A stretch of DNA of 64,000 nt from Vairimorpha necatrix (lineage: Eukaryota), in contig CP142732.1 of the NCBI GenBank assembly GCA_036630325.1, positions 434,001-498,000 of the forward strand. Direction: 5' to 3'. The notes below the pieces were generated by a model. The model was given only the letters and a program-made list of their open reading frames with translations. It had not been told where the DNA came from and made no database searches. This document shows, piece by piece, positions 10,837 through 23,922 of the stretch. The position numbers and the translations under genes were made by a program. Within the stretch, counting starts at the first letter, position 1, and the number at the start of each line of letters is the position of its first letter.

Positions 10837-11149
10837 AAGTATTTTTAAAAATGTTAAACAACTTCATAGAGCATTTTTATAGCTTCTTTTGGATATATTT
10901 TTTTAAAATAATTTCTTTTTTTTTGCAATTAGTTCGGCTCGTAAACCCACCTGGGCTCGCGACATTTAATAAATAATACATTTTTATGTATTTAACAAAC
11001 AAATATTTCTTAATTAAAAAATATTTATAAATAAAACATTTCATCTGGTCCGAAAAAAAAGAATTTATAAAACAATAGACAAAAGATGCTACATAATGAG
11101 GCATCAAAATGAACTCACACAACTAACTTAATAATGTAAAACAAACCCA

Positions 11150-11500
11150 AGAAAGCAATTAGTTGTTGCATTCGACAAGAATATTATTAGAATGAAACTT
11201 TACAATAAAATTCAATGATTGTAAAGAGAAATTATCTAGAAGTAGAAAAAGTAAGCAAATATTTACAGATAAAAGGGGAAAGAAATTATCTTTATGCTCA
11301 AAATAAAAAACGCAGTCACAACTCGACGGGATGTGCGAGGAACGACAGATTCCACGAGAATTTTAATAAGAAATCTGATTATTAGTCCAAATTGAACCTA
11401 ATTAGTTATATAACTTCTTGAGATATATTTTGAAGCATAAAGACCTTACGATTATATGTAGACGATTTAACAATTAACGTAGAATCCAAATAATAAACAT
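11150..11500 (+). pseudogene. Highly decayed non-LTR reverse transcriptase fragment
   Basis: Ordered relics AFD, TRRDVRG (GVRQG-like) and LYVDDL. Confidence 0.35.
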
Positions 11501-12856
11501 AGGACATAAAATATTCAAAAATCAAACATATATAGAAAAAAAGTTATTCATATTTGACATACAACTTTAAGTTTAAGTCTTCTAGTAGTTCTAATCTTTC
11601 ACCCACAGTATATTTTCCTCTGTAGATGAGTGCCGTCTTTTTAAGCCAAGGATATATTCTACAAAATCTTTATAAAGATTATGATCAAATATAAATCTTG
11701 GTTCTAAAGGTAAAACATATTTATACAAACTAAATAAGATAAAAAGTCGAACATACTTAATCTCATACATAGTTCGGAGTATATAAAAAATTATTTAATT
11801 CTAGTTGGAGCTTAATCAAAAATAAACAACAATAAAGATTATAAAATTGAGAAAATATTGTATTTTAGCATGTCAGCTCTATATAAATAATTTATTGAAA
11901 TGATTTTTAATCAAGTTAGATATTTGTTGCACAGCCTGTCCTAAGATTCTTCTCTTCACGAACTATTTGATTTTGTAAAATTATTTATAGTTTTAAACGT
12001 CAACATTTCAGCTTCATTCTTCTTCTCCAACGACGCCACTTCTTTAACAGTCGCCATATTTGCTAGTGCGCTCACAGCTCTACGTTATCTTTCTCTCCTG
12101 CATCCTCTTGATCGTGTTCTTGTCGTCGTTTCAAAGAGATGGACCTTAGAGTCTTATTCAGCTAGCAGGTCAGCTTTATATATATAAATAGTTTTTTGAG
12201 TTAAATTTCTTTCTTCAGTTAGATATTTGTAGCACAGCTTGTCTCGGCATCGCTCATATATATATGTAATCATTAAAAATAATAATAATATAGCTTCAAT
12301 TGGACAAATAAATAAAGTAGCTTGAAATATTTGGCCAAATAAATCAATATTTATCAGTCGCGTTTTGATAACTTGAAAACATCTAGATGAATTTAAGACG
12401 AATAGATTTTTTAATTGATCTTGGTGAAAAAAGGATAGCATCGAACAAAACTCATACACTAGAGATTGGCTTTCTGCAACATAAAATAGAAAAAAATAAA
12501 CATTATTATCATAAATAAACATAAAATTGCGAATAGCTAGATCATCTGCATAAATATAAGATTAGGTAATCGTGTGTGAATACTCATAAAATGAATTTGT
12601 TGGCTAAAGACAGCTTTAGCTAACAATTCGCATATAGGGTGGGGTTCTTTGCCCCTTTTTTCATAAACGGAGGAAGGAAATGTGGATGAAGGAACAAAAA
12701 TAAAAATTCGAACATTATTTCAAAAATATATCAAAAACAGAATACGAGGAATAACTTTGAAGCATGCACTACAGAAAATAAAGTTTGGCACTATTTGCAG
12801 ACTTGTTTCTATTAGGTATAAATTTTTTTTTTTTTTGGGGGGGGACGACACTTGCC

Positions 12857-14581
12857 AGTATATGAACGTTTGGAACCCGCATTAAAAATTTGAAAGACCT
12901 CTTTATAAATAATGACAAAATTGGTAAGAACAAAATTTTTAAAAAAGTTGTGTTTTTGAATATGGAAATAAATTAAAGTTCATTCCAAAAAATTGCATAA
13001 TACAGAACCAGCCTGTGCATTACTTGTTCTGTGGCTAGTAGAAATGCGGCTTTTCTTTTTAAGGTGATACAAGATAATGTACTATCAGTGCTATTGTGAT
13101 CCTCTTCACTGATAAGCATATGATGCTGCATTGGACAAATCACTGGGATGAAGCACAGGACCGTGAAACACGACGTTAATTTTGTAAATTTTGTTGATCC
13201 TGAGACACAGTACTATACAAATTGAAATATTAAGGTTTTTTTCACCAAAATCTGCGGTCGAGACATGGAACAAGCAAGGACGGCGCAACTGTCTGTGCCC
13301 AGATCCTTTTGCTCCCTAAGGGAGACCCTTATAGAGAAACAAAAAAATTATAAAACCATTTTATTTTAAGAGTACTATGATAAAAAATATAAAACTCTTG
13401 AAACTCTTGGTATTTTATATATTGCGTACCTTCTATACCATTATATTCCCCCAAAAATCTGGAATTGCATTTTCTTCGATCTCTTTTTTAGCTATTATAT
13501 CACATTTAAGATGTGACCAGAACCCACTATTAGATTTGTGGTCTCTCCTGCTTCATATTAAAGCCAGAATCATGAACTAAGATGCGATGATCAACGTCGT
13601 TAGATTCTACTGCTGCGGGATAAATTATTGCCCATCGATTATGTAAATCGTCAAGTTTTTATGTATTTTTTAAAAAAAACTACATCATAAGGCTAGTCCG
13701 GTTAGATACTATCTCGATTTTCAATTCTAACGTTCGTTTATATATTGTACCAACTTACCACGTACAGTTTTTGACTGTCAATATCTTTCTGATGTGATCG
13801 AACGATTTTCAATTCCAAAAACCGTTTAATCGGTACGTGTCACTTCTTCAAACCCTCCTATTTTTTTTAGCCCTGGAGACACTGGAAGCTGACACACGGG
13901 AATTTTTGTTTAAGTTTAGTGTAGACTGCTTTTTATTGAATGAATATAGAATATAAAAATATGTATGTATGGGCATTCGAAGCTTTGAATTGAAGTTTTA
14001 TTAAAAATTTCCATTGATGTAGCACAACCCTTCTTCCCTTACACTTGAACTGGTGGCAGTCTATGTACAAATCGTTGGAGTTATTACGATAACAGGAACT
14101 TTTTACATTCCATGGTCATTTTTGTGAGATTTTCATCTACTAGCCAGCATATTGCCTTGTGTGGGTCTTGGAAGATTTTTGACCAACTGTCAAGAGGCTC
14201 CAGACATGCCAAAAGAGTAGAATATTTTTCAAAAAAATCACCTAAAACACAAAAAAGTTTATAGCTCAAGAAATGTAAATCCAAATGAAATTCAAATAAA
14301 ATCGGAAATCTCTCTATTGGGGATACTGTTCGTAAAAAAACATCTCCCCACTTTACGGTCTGTGTCCGGATTCAGTACTTAAAAATAGGGAAAGTCCGGG
14401 CTCAGACCGTTGCGCTGCCAGGACTAACACTATGAGTACCTTTTACTGTTCCTCTGATCTTATCAAATATCTAAAAATCATCATCTTTTATTATCTAAAA
14501 TAAATTGCCAAGTCTGTTTATCCATTTTTTTATTTTTCTCTATTTTTAAATTTTCAAAGCTGGTTCAAACGGCCATGTACC
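12857..14581 (+). mobile_element. Merlin element family B copy 1 (inside F, interrupted by C)
   Basis: Ends AGTATATGAACGTTTGGAACCCGC ... GGTTCAAACGGCCATGTACC match the ends of 16943-17597 and the internal sequence is colinear with it. No TSD preserved. Confidence 0.75.
13282..14416 (-). mobile_element. Merlin element family C (innermost element of the nest)
   Basis: TIRs GGCGCAACTGTCTGTGCCCAGA / revcomp AGCGCAACGGTCTGAGCCCGGA; TSD GCAAGGAC (13274-13281) / GCCAGGAC (14417-14424); relic GFWSHL on the minus strand. Confidence 0.8.
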
Positions 14582-15690
14582 CTATTGAGTTGTATAATAT
14601 TAATATGAACCTCAGTATTGGGATCTCGAAAGTGTAACGATTGGTTAATAATGTGATGTTCTTTGAATATGGTACCCAAAGAATGATAAGTCATTCATAT
14701 CTCTAATTATAATACTCTCGTACTTACGGATTTTAATAATAGTGCCATGGGCGTTCCCCTATTCAATTTTTTTACATATATTAGTATTATTGTCGTTATA
14801 TAGAACGTTCTATCACACCATACCCATCTTACTAGTTTACCTCTGTTATACTTATTTTTAATGTTTTTTTCGTTTCATATATTTTTATCATAATCTCTTC
14901 TTCGTCTATCTTGTTTAAAGATGGTAAATATTTATCATAAATGGTTATTTCTTTTAATTTTTTTTGATATAAAGGAAACGAATTTAAAGAACAACATAAA
15001 ATTTTAAATACACAACGAGGATAACCAAGGATCCACAAATTAAGTGTCTGCAAAATTGTAATATGATCGAATCTAGAGTTTTTAAAAAAATTATCTTAAC
15101 ATATAGATACTGTGTTCATATAATCCTTCAAGAACATTATATGAGACAACCCTATTTACTTTGCAATCTAAATTTACCATTACACACTGTACACATGTGA
15201 TTCTTTTTTTTGCTAAACAAAACATTATAGACTGTTTACATTTCTTCTCTCGTCATAATTCTTTCCTCCATTTTTTGTAAAAAAGGCCGAAACCATAATT
15301 GCAAATTTGTTAGCTTAAGCTGTCTTTGTCCAATTCGTTTATTTACTAAAAAAATAAAATATTTAAGAATAGAGAAAATAAAATATTTAGTACTCTAAGT
15401 TTTTTCAGGAAAATGTTGTGACCAAATTTAGTAATTTTAACAACACGTACTTAACTTAATATCCGTTTTTTATTAGTTCTACATCTAAATATTATGAGAT
15501 GTTCCTTAATAATTTTGTATTTTGTAATGTTTTTGATATGTAAATCACTTTCTTCATTTAGTTCGTAGATAAATTATTACTATATCATTGTTGTGCGATA
15601 TTGTGTCTACATTTCAATAAATTATATATTAGCTTATTATAATTTCTTTCTCTTTTCAAACATTATTTTTTTTCTTGTAAAAATCATAAG

Positions 15691-16397
15691 TGTTAAATAA
15701 AATTGTAATTAAGAGTAAATTTATAGATTGAATATTCTCAACATCCCTGCGCCTAATCTAGAACCGTGTGATGTAATTATATTTAGTACTTCTAACGACT
15801 ATTACTTAGCCCTCAAAAAAGTGCATTTTTTATGTAAACTGACCATGGGCTGCGCTTTACTCTTTCGCGTCTTATTATCCTTTCTTGTATTGGTCTTTAC
15901 GATACTTTTTTTTCCTATTTAATTACATAAAGTCTATAGGCATGGGATTATTCTTAAACATATCTTCCCAGGAATGGACCCGGATTTTATCCGTATATCT
16001 CAAAATCCAACTACAACACAATTTTTTTTTTAAATTTCTTCTTTGTTTAGTTCTTTTTATTTTTTGAACACTGGTGGTTCAGTGTCTTAGCACGATAACT
16101 TAAATGTGTACAGTGGGATTACTATTACACTCAATCTAACATCTCTTATGCCTGATCTTATTACAACAATACTGTTTTTCATAGCTTTTCTACCCCTTCA
16201 CCTATTCAGGACCCCAGACTGATGCTAGCCATCACCTTCTCTTCTATAGATAATCAATCATCCCCATTTCAACACATATTGCATTTTGATACGTCTCACG
16301 CGCCGACGAAACTTACAACTCCTTCTATTTTTGTTTGGGTCATTAATTTTTTATTCTATAGCCTGTTAAAGATAATTGTAAGTTAAGAAAGCAATTT
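15691..16397 (-). mobile_element. TRIM-like mini LTR element copy 1 (second LTR truncated by a Merlin)
   Basis: Direct repeats TGTTAAA...AACA at 15691-15743 and 16364-16397; interior colinear with 32946-33583. Confidence 0.7.
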
Positions 16398-18147
16398 GTC
16401 TCTAAGGGCCCATTCCCGGGTATTTTTTTTCAGGGGGACCCTTAAAAAAAAGTATAGAAAAAACGAAGTTTTTTTTATTTATTTAAAATTTAAAGTTTTA
16501 ATAGTGTTAAAAAGGCATTTTTATAGGCTTCAGAATCATGGGGTTTACAATTATTTCTATTCAAACATATTCTTCTATATAGCCTGGCATTGAATACCCT
16601 GGTATTCCTTTCCTCGTTTTAATGTACGATTTGAAATGAGGCCGCTCACATTCTATTAATAAGTGTGGACATCATCAGCATTGGTCAATCCTTTCTCATG
16701 ATTCACGATTTTATGTACTCAGCCAATTCCAGCAACAGAGTATGGGTAGGATCTTTGCCCATCAGTTTTTATTACAGACATAGGACTAATTTTTTTAGAG
16801 AAAAAGTCAAAGAAAGTTTCATTTTTCTGTTTGAAATAATTTTAAAAACTAGTTTTCTGGTTCTTAATTCGACTGCACCAATTAGCCGAGTAGCTTTACT
16901 AATTGAATCGCACATTTCAGATGGTGACTTTAAAAGTTTCCTGGTACGTGACCGTTTGGAACCCGCATTGGGAAAATGAACCCGCTTTGAAATTTTAATG
17001 GACCCCTTTTAAAATCGGCAAAATTTACAAAAACACTGTTTGTTGAGGCAGATGAGCGTTTTAGTTACGAAATGTATTTATACATGGAAAACAAAGATAA
17101 GTTTATTTTGGAAACATTTAATGCTGAATCGGCGTGCGCCTTGGTCGTTTCTGTAACTAGTAGAAATACTGCTATTTCCTTGAGGTGATACAAGATCATG
17201 TATAACCTGTTTCTATAATGATTTCTAATTAATGGGTAGCATATGAGGCGACATTAGACAAGCAAAGGGTCGGAGAACAGTACTATGAATGACTCCATTG
17301 ATGCTGTAACTCCTAGCGATTCTGAGACACAATACATAATAATTTAGTGTGTTTTGGCTCATTTCTAAAAGAAATATTCGATCTATACAAGGAATAAACC
17401 AGAACGAACATTATGAGCACCTTTTACAGATACTCTGGGCTTTTCATATTTCCCAAAATCAACGGATAAATTTTTTCTTTCATTATTTAAAATAAATCGT
17501 TAAGTCTCTTTTTTTATAATTTTTTTTATTTTTTCCTTTTTTTGAAATCTTCAAAGCGGTTTCATTTTCCCAATGCGGTTCTAAACGGTCATGTACCGTT
17601 TTCCTTCAATTATTACATTCTCATCCACTTGTATTGGGTATTCTGCCCCTAATTTCTCGCACGTTATCTTATTATCTTCAGATGCTACTTAAATGAAGAT
17701 TCAATTTATTTTCTTATAATATTTAATGAAACAGACGTATTTTAATATATATTGTATTCATAGCTTTTTTTTGAGCCATGAATACATTATAGATAAGTAT
17801 TCGCATATGTCTACCTAAGGACTTGAAATTGTTAGCTCCTCAAACCTCTAATTGATTTTCTAAAGAAAAAGTTAGAACATCTAAATCAAAACTAATAAAT
17901 AAGTAGTGTCATGCGGTAAAACCATGCACTCGTTACAATTTGAGCATGATTTAAATTCTTCACGTAAGCCATGCCTTTGAATAGGCCATGGCAGCTTCTT
18001 TAGAAGAAAAAATCTCAGATCTTGAATTTCTCGGTTCTTTGTAATTTTTCATTTTTTGGGGGTTGTAAAAATTTCCCAATTTGGGGCTTTTTCCCGGGAA
18101 ATGCCATCTTTTTTACGTCCATTACCTGGGAATAGGCCCCACACGCC
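16398..18147 (-). mobile_element. Merlin family A copy 2 (decayed, interrupted by family B copy 2)
   Basis: Colinear with 9733-10836; TIRs GTCTCTAAGGGCCCATTCCCGGGTA / TACCTGGGAATAGGCCCCACACGCC. No TSD match. Confidence 0.85.
16943..17597 (+). mobile_element. Merlin family B copy 2, internally deleted (655 bp)
   Basis: TIRs GGTACGTGACCGTTTGGAACCCGCATTGGGAAAATGAA / TTCATTTTCCCAATGCGGTTCTAAACGGTCATGTACC; degenerate TSD AGTTTCCT/GTTTTCCT; relic SIMISN*WVAY. Confidence 0.85.
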
Positions 18148-18307
18148 GAAAAATGGATAGTGGGGTTTTTTATCGATCTGATTCGACAAACAATAATCAT
18201 GATTGAATATATAATGACCTTATACTATAATTGCAAAATACAAAATTTCGAGCCTTGAAGTTTGGATTGTGAATCGTTTGATAAACATGACTTAATATCG
18301 AATAAAA

Positions 18308-19387
18308 GGTGCTTTTTTTATTCTTTAAAAGTTTTTTCAAAAAATATTGACCCTTAAAAATGAAAAATTTGAACGTTAAAATTTCTGATCAAATACTGAA
18401 AAAGCGCGAAAGTGAAAGTCAAGGCATTACAAGGGCCTTTATACAGTTTAGACTTATTGATCGAGCTAATGTGTTGATTTAACAAAATATATGTCTTAAA
18501 TGCAGTGAAATGGTGAAGCTATTAATTTTTAATGAGAGAATTTAGAAGAACAGTATACAGTTGTACGACTATAAGCGGAGTGCAAAATTATCAGTCAATA
18601 AAGTATTCAAGTTGACTTTGAACAATCACTGCGAATTAATATTTTTAATCTACGCAGAAGTTACTTTTTACATTATAAGTGAAACAGGCGTATCTCCTTG
18701 AGGGGGTTTATGCATAAAAACAACGGAGATAAATTTTTACAACAAAATTGTCTTGAGGTCTTATTATTGAAAGATCAGCTAAAATTGTTCAAGTTGATGA
18801 GTCTGTTATTTGTAAAAGATGTTAATTAGGATATTCAACAAGTTCAAAAGATTCGATTCCTGACATAATATGGATATTAGGCATAATAGAAGATGATAAT
18901 ACCATAAACTTTCAAATCACAGGAGGTGAGAATAGAACCGTCGAGTGTTTGGTAGAGGCTTTTCTGTGTAAAATAGGTATAGGTATAATTATACATATTG
19001 ATGATGATCCAAGTTATCCAGGCGTGGCACGAAATCTTTGTCTCGGGCATAGGGCTGTGAACCGCCCCATCGGGTCTAGATCTTCAGATGGAACCTATAC
19101 TGATTATATCGAGCATTTGGTCGCAGGTAACATTTGGAAATGACCAAAGAACATTAAATTGAACCTAAAGAGATAGTATTTGCTTATTGAAATTATGTTG
19201 TGTAAATGTTTTTGAAAAGAGGACGATTAAAATGAGTTTTTGATTGTGATATTGTTACACAATCTAATTTATTCAACTAAGTTGTATTTCTACTATTTTT
19301 TGCAGATTTCTTATTGTCTTCTTTTTTTCATTTTTTCTACTACAAGGGAGGAAGTCTTGGAGTCCGATCGAATACCAAAGAAGCACC
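18308..19387 (+). mobile_element. Merlin family D, decayed
   Basis: Relics KIVQVDESVICK, WILGIIE and IHIDDDPSY...HRAVN...DGTYTDYIE; short ends GGTGCTT...AAGCACC; flanks GAATAAAA/AAATAAAC. Confidence 0.7.
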
Positions 19388-19818
19388 AAATAAACTATAT
19401 AAATTTGTGTAAACCATCTGTTTAAGAAGAATACGTACAATCAATCGTATAAAGGAAGGCTTTTGAGACTATCTCTTTGCTTCGAGTAAAAAATAGAGTT
19501 TGAAGATGACGGAGAGAAATAAGAGGCGCAATTTGAGTACTCTCTGCTAATTTTTGTTCAAAAATTGAACGGTATAATAAGGATAGTAGTAATTATTTTA
19601 GCTTAAAAGTACAATTAATAGTACAATGTATTAAATCCTTTGAAAAATAGAATATTTAAGTTACATGTGCAGATGTGGTTAATAAACATAAAACCAAGAT
19701 CAGGTAAAGTTTAAATTGTTAAACTTTTAACTATATAACATTTAGATGAAATTCTAATGAAAAACACATATTTTATTTTAAACGATAAAATAATGAAATA
19801 AAAGAAAATTAATTTTTA

Positions 19819-20385
19819 TTAGAAATTTTTTTTCTCAATGACTGTACTTCGGTCTCTCTCTTCTTTGATCGCAGCTTTCATAATTGCAAGCCATCCCATA
19901 AAACACAAATTCAATGCAAAACAAGGAAGAAAAACAAATATACCCGTTATTCGAATAATTTTACCAAACTTAAAAGTTAGAGCGATACTATTACTGTAAA
20001 GACTTTCTGTAAAATCGAATTCCCTATAAGTAAAAAAATATCTAAAAACGCAATTTAAACCGAATAAATATGGCCAAACTTTGCATATAAAATTTCCAGA
20101 ATACGCTAATACAGAGATACTTTTTTCCAAAAGCCAATGAAGAGGTTCTTTCTTACCTTCATTTAGATCATTCTTTTCTCCATTTTTAGATGACTTATCT
20201 CTGGAAACGGCATTTTCTCTTCCGGTGGAAACATGGTTGGTTGATAATAGTACATTTAAATCCTTCGACTTAAAAAAAACTCCATTATTATGATTAGATT
20301 CTGATGTCGACGCTCTTATGTTGCTTCCTTCAACTAAAGGAAGTATTAAATGCAACATTTTAAGGCAACAAAGCGAAGATCTCAT
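19819..20385 (-). CDS. Hypothetical protein with signal-like N-terminus and C-terminal TM helices
   Basis: 188-aa ORF, CCCCC motif immediately before the ATG, hydrophobic segments. Confidence 0.6.
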   Translation of the reverse strand: MRSSLCCLKMLHLILPLVEGSNIRASTSESNHNNGVFFKSKDLNVLLSTNHVSTGRENAVSRDKSSKNGEKNDLNEGKKEPLHWLLEKSISVLAYSGNFICKVWPYLFGLNCVFRYFFTYREFDFTESLYSNSIALTFKFGKIIRITGIFVFLPCFALNLCFMGWLAIMKAAIKEERDRSTVIEKKNF

Positions 20386-20474
20386 TAGGGGGATGAATAA
20401 ATTTTTTAAATAAAAATCAGTTTTATTGATTGTTTAAAATTTTTTGAAATTATTTGGTGATTAATTAAAAAATT

Positions 20475-21911
20475 AACAAAAGTCAGCTTTATGTCGCAAA
20501 CTACGATATGGCGTTTTTTTGTTTTCCACTCATTTTTCGAAAAATGGAGTAATGAAAACGTTGAGGATGCTACAAAAATAATTTTTTTTTTTCAAATATG
20601 TATAAATACAAAAAAGATTTTCTTAATAATATTCATAAACATCATATACATACACACGCTAAGCTAGAAATTTTCTTTATGATAAAAAGTGGTCTTATTT
20701 AACTTTTTTTTAACGTTTAGTCAAATGAATTATTCGATTAAGAAAGAGAATGAACATAAAGCAATTGTAAAAAAAGAATTTTTTTATTTGAAAACTTATA
20801 TTAGGATAGTTCCCCGTCAAAATTTCATTTTCCGTTTAATTCTGTTAATAAGAACACAGGCCTCTCTTTATACTTTTATTTATTAATTATATAATGTGCA
20901 TTTTTGCTTTGTTTTGGTCAAAAAAATTAGTTGTAAAAGATTTATAATTCTTTTTTTGTCATTGATCTTTTCTCCATTTTTGAAAAAAAGGAAAAAACAA
21001 AAAAAACCCATATCGAAATATACGACTTAAAGCTGTCTTTGGTCAAATTCCACTTACATCCCCATTAGATATATATACACCAATTTTTAAAAAATTTCCC
21101 TTTTTTTTACAAAACCAAAATGTAAAAAAAGGAGGAGAAAATAAATAATTTTTAATCACAAAAAAAAAAGTTTTATTAAGTTCTAATTTGATCATATTAT
21201 AAGTAAAACATAAGAATAAAACAAATTCAAGTATCATTTTTTCTAAATTGTGTTAATTTATATGTCAAAATACATAAAAAAAATTTATTTTCTTATGTCA
21301 TTATAATTAGATTCTAATGCTTATAATAATGTTTTCTTTTTTTTTGCTTTTTAAAACAGATTTTAGATTTGTTTATATTTTTTTTTACTATGTAAAAAAA
21401 AATTAGTATTTTTGTAAATTTATTAGTTTTTAATAGACAGAAGAAGATTCAAAATCCCATATTAATGTTCTTTAAATCATTCAAATGTTTTTTTATAACA
21501 TAAAAGATGTAAACAATAAGTAAATAACTGCTATACAATTAATTAAATGAATTAATATTAATATATGATTTTACATATTTTTAAGTTATAACATTATAAT
21601 TTAGTTTTGTTAAATGTTCATTTTATATATATATAATATTATTTCTTATTACTATACATAAAATGTATAATAAGTACAGATTTAATCAAGTAGATAGTAA
21701 AATAAAAAAACAAAAAAAAAATAAAAAAACGAAAATATAATTTGTTTGTTTTTAGTTATTTTCTTGTTTTATCAAAAAATTTTTTTTTTGAGATTTTTCT
21801 CCTTCCCGCTCTGTTCGCTTTGAATTTCGAAAATCAGGAATATTTTTTAAAAATTGGTATTTATATATGTAGGGGGGAGGGTGTAAAGTGGAAATGCTCC
21901 CTGTCTTTACC
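20475..21911. mobile_element. Deleted Merlin-type element G (F-like TIRs) with a MITE inserted in its right TIR
   Basis: ~70-bp imperfect inverted repeats AAAG(T/A)CAGCTTTA(T/A)GTCG...GATATGG...AAAAATGGAG at ~20479-20548 and ~20972-21040. The right TIR continues (CTGTCTTTACC) after the insert. Confidence 0.65.
21041..21900. mobile_element. Non-autonomous Merlin-type MITE H (860 bp)
   Basis: GG...CC ends; long imperfect TIRs (TTCCACTT(T)ACA...TATATA...ACCAATTTTTAAAAAAT); perfect 8-bp TSD CTGTCTTT (21033-21040 / 21901-21908); non-coding AT-rich interior. Confidence 0.85.
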
Positions 21912-22203
21912 AAGGAATCCTAATGGTAAGCGATGGTTTACCGCATGACTAAAAAGAAAATCAAATCAATCAATGAATTTCCATGATTTTTTTCATTTAA
22001 TTTTTAATACGGTGATAAATTTTTACTAAATCCCGTGTTAATCACAAAAATATCAGTATAAAAGAAAAGAGGAATATTAATTAGATTATTTATCAGTATC
22101 GTGTAAAATTTCTCTGATTCTTTTCGCTTTAAACTCCTTTTATTTAGTTATTTCGTTTAAAAAATATCAATATTGATACTCCTATTACTGTTTTGTGTAT
22201 TAA

Positions 22204-22797
22204 ATGTTTAAAGTTGTACCCATTATGAATTTACTGACATTGTTTTTTCTAACATTTATTATAGGAAGCAAACCTGGTGAAGAAAATCGAAAAAGTAAAA
22301 AGAATGTTTGCAACCTCCAAAACACCAATAAACCTACAAAACAGTTGGATGATATTAATGAGAATGTCGATTTTAAATCACAAAAAATGCTGGTAAATCA
22401 CGTAACTTCTAAACATTTATCTGCAATTTCCAGTTATTTTATAACTCATAAATTGCATAAAGAAGAATATATTGGTTTACTAAATGATATAGCCGAAAAG
22501 ATCATGCATGATAAAATTTATAATGCACAGTCTTTTCTTAACATTAGCGAAAAAAATATGCGAAAAAAGGAATTAACTGAGTTAATCGAAAAATTTGCAA
22601 TATTACATGATAAAAAATTTTATCTCAATAAAGAAGAAATAATTAATCCTTACAAAAGTGAAGTAAAATATACATTTATTACCGAAACTTTTACATGTAA
22701 CTACAAACTATATGAATGGTTTATGGACACGCTTGATATAGACGAAATATTTCTAGTTACTTACAATAAAAATGAGATTCAAGTGGAACTGCTTTAA
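22204..22797 (+). CDS. Hypothetical secreted protein
   Basis: 197-aa ORF. Likely start at MNLLTLFFLTFIIGS (22225) after a CCC motif; signal-peptide-like N-terminus. Confidence 0.65.
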   Translation: MFKVVPIMNLLTLFFLTFIIGSKPGEENRKSKKNVCNLQNTNKPTKQLDDINENVDFKSQKMLVNHVTSKHLSAISSYFITHKLHKEEYIGLLNDIAEKIMHDKIYNAQSFLNISEKNMRKKELTELIEKFAILHDKKFYLNKEEIINPYKSEVKYTFITETFTCNYKLYEWFMDTLDIDEIFLVTYNKNEIQVELL

Positions 22798-23922
22798 ATA
22801 TATGTAAAGTATATATCGTTAATTTTAACGAGACAATCTAAATAAATCATTTTATTTATTTGAGATATTTTTTGAATGAATTTTTACTCCATATTAAAAA
22901 AGGTAGTAAAATGTTGTTTAAATTATTTTATTATTCGTGAAAATACTAGTCAACGATGGCAAATGTTAAGGAAAATTACATAACATGTAAGCTACATACA
23001 ATGGTGGCTATTAAAAAACAGGGGGTAGAAATTGTTTTATTGACCAGATTTAGAAACATATTATCAATCAAGTATAAGGAATAGAAAAAAAATTATGTAA
23101 GAATTGAAGGACTAAAGATTTTGAACCCCTCCGATTAATATTTTGGGATACTTACACATTTTCAAATCTCTTTAAACTGCCTATGAGCAAAACAATGCTG
23201 TATTGATTCGATTTTGCCTTCAGGCAAATAGATTACTAGCTTGATTTATGACTCGTCCGGAAATATCATAGCAGGTGTAATCAATGTAGCGGGGGAATAA
23301 CACAGATTGGCATCTTGTACTAATAAGTAAAACTTTTTCTGTGATTTGCATTTCGCATACGTCCCCTTCTGCTGACACATTACAAACCCAAATTTTTATG
23401 GTACCGTTGTTGACTTCTCATTCGCAAGTTTCGGCCACGTATTACAATTCACAGAGATTTTTTACACAAGCTCCCGTATTACTGTATTACTACGCCTTGT
23501 CACTTCAATAATTCGGCACGATCTTATCCAAGAGTGTACCAGCTAAATACTTTCTATTATCTAAGTATTACATTACTTGTATAAGAGTAGAATTTAACAA
23601 ATTTTTCTAGACTTTAGGTTATGTTTTTAACTAATAACAAATTCTCCTTGACTACTACACAAGTTTTATGAATCAACTTGACAATTTCGTAGACCTGTCT
23701 TTTCTTATAGAAAGATTTAACACTTTTTAATAACAAAAAACCTTTTGATGTTTGTCTAGACTAAAATCGTTTTTATTGTATTACACAATTTTTGCGACCA
23801 TTAAGCCCTTTATACTGGTACCTACGAGGAAAATATCGCAAGATATGCTTTTTTATGATAACGCATAGATCTTTTATATTGCCGCCATTGATATATCAAG
23901 AAGAAACTAATTCCGTGCAACT

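Larger units (their letters stand above)
12602..15331 (-). mobile_element. Merlin element family F (outer element of a triple nest)
   Basis: Imperfect long TIRs GG(CT/AC)AAAGACAGCTT(T/A)AGCTAACAA; TSD AATTTGTT (12594-12601) / AATTCGTT (15332-15339). Relics LNLWILG, KYLPSLNKI and IPNRNKSA align with the transposase at 27969-28661. Confidence 0.8.

Noticed and set aside
14582..15256. Separate retroelement relic
   Set aside because: It aligns with the N-terminal half of the Merlin transposase and lies within the TIRs of element F.
15728..16067. Similar small ORFs MYWSLRY... here and at 33088-33318 as a protein family
   Set aside because: They are chance frames with non-ATG starts inside the two TRIM-like copies; their lengths are not conserved.
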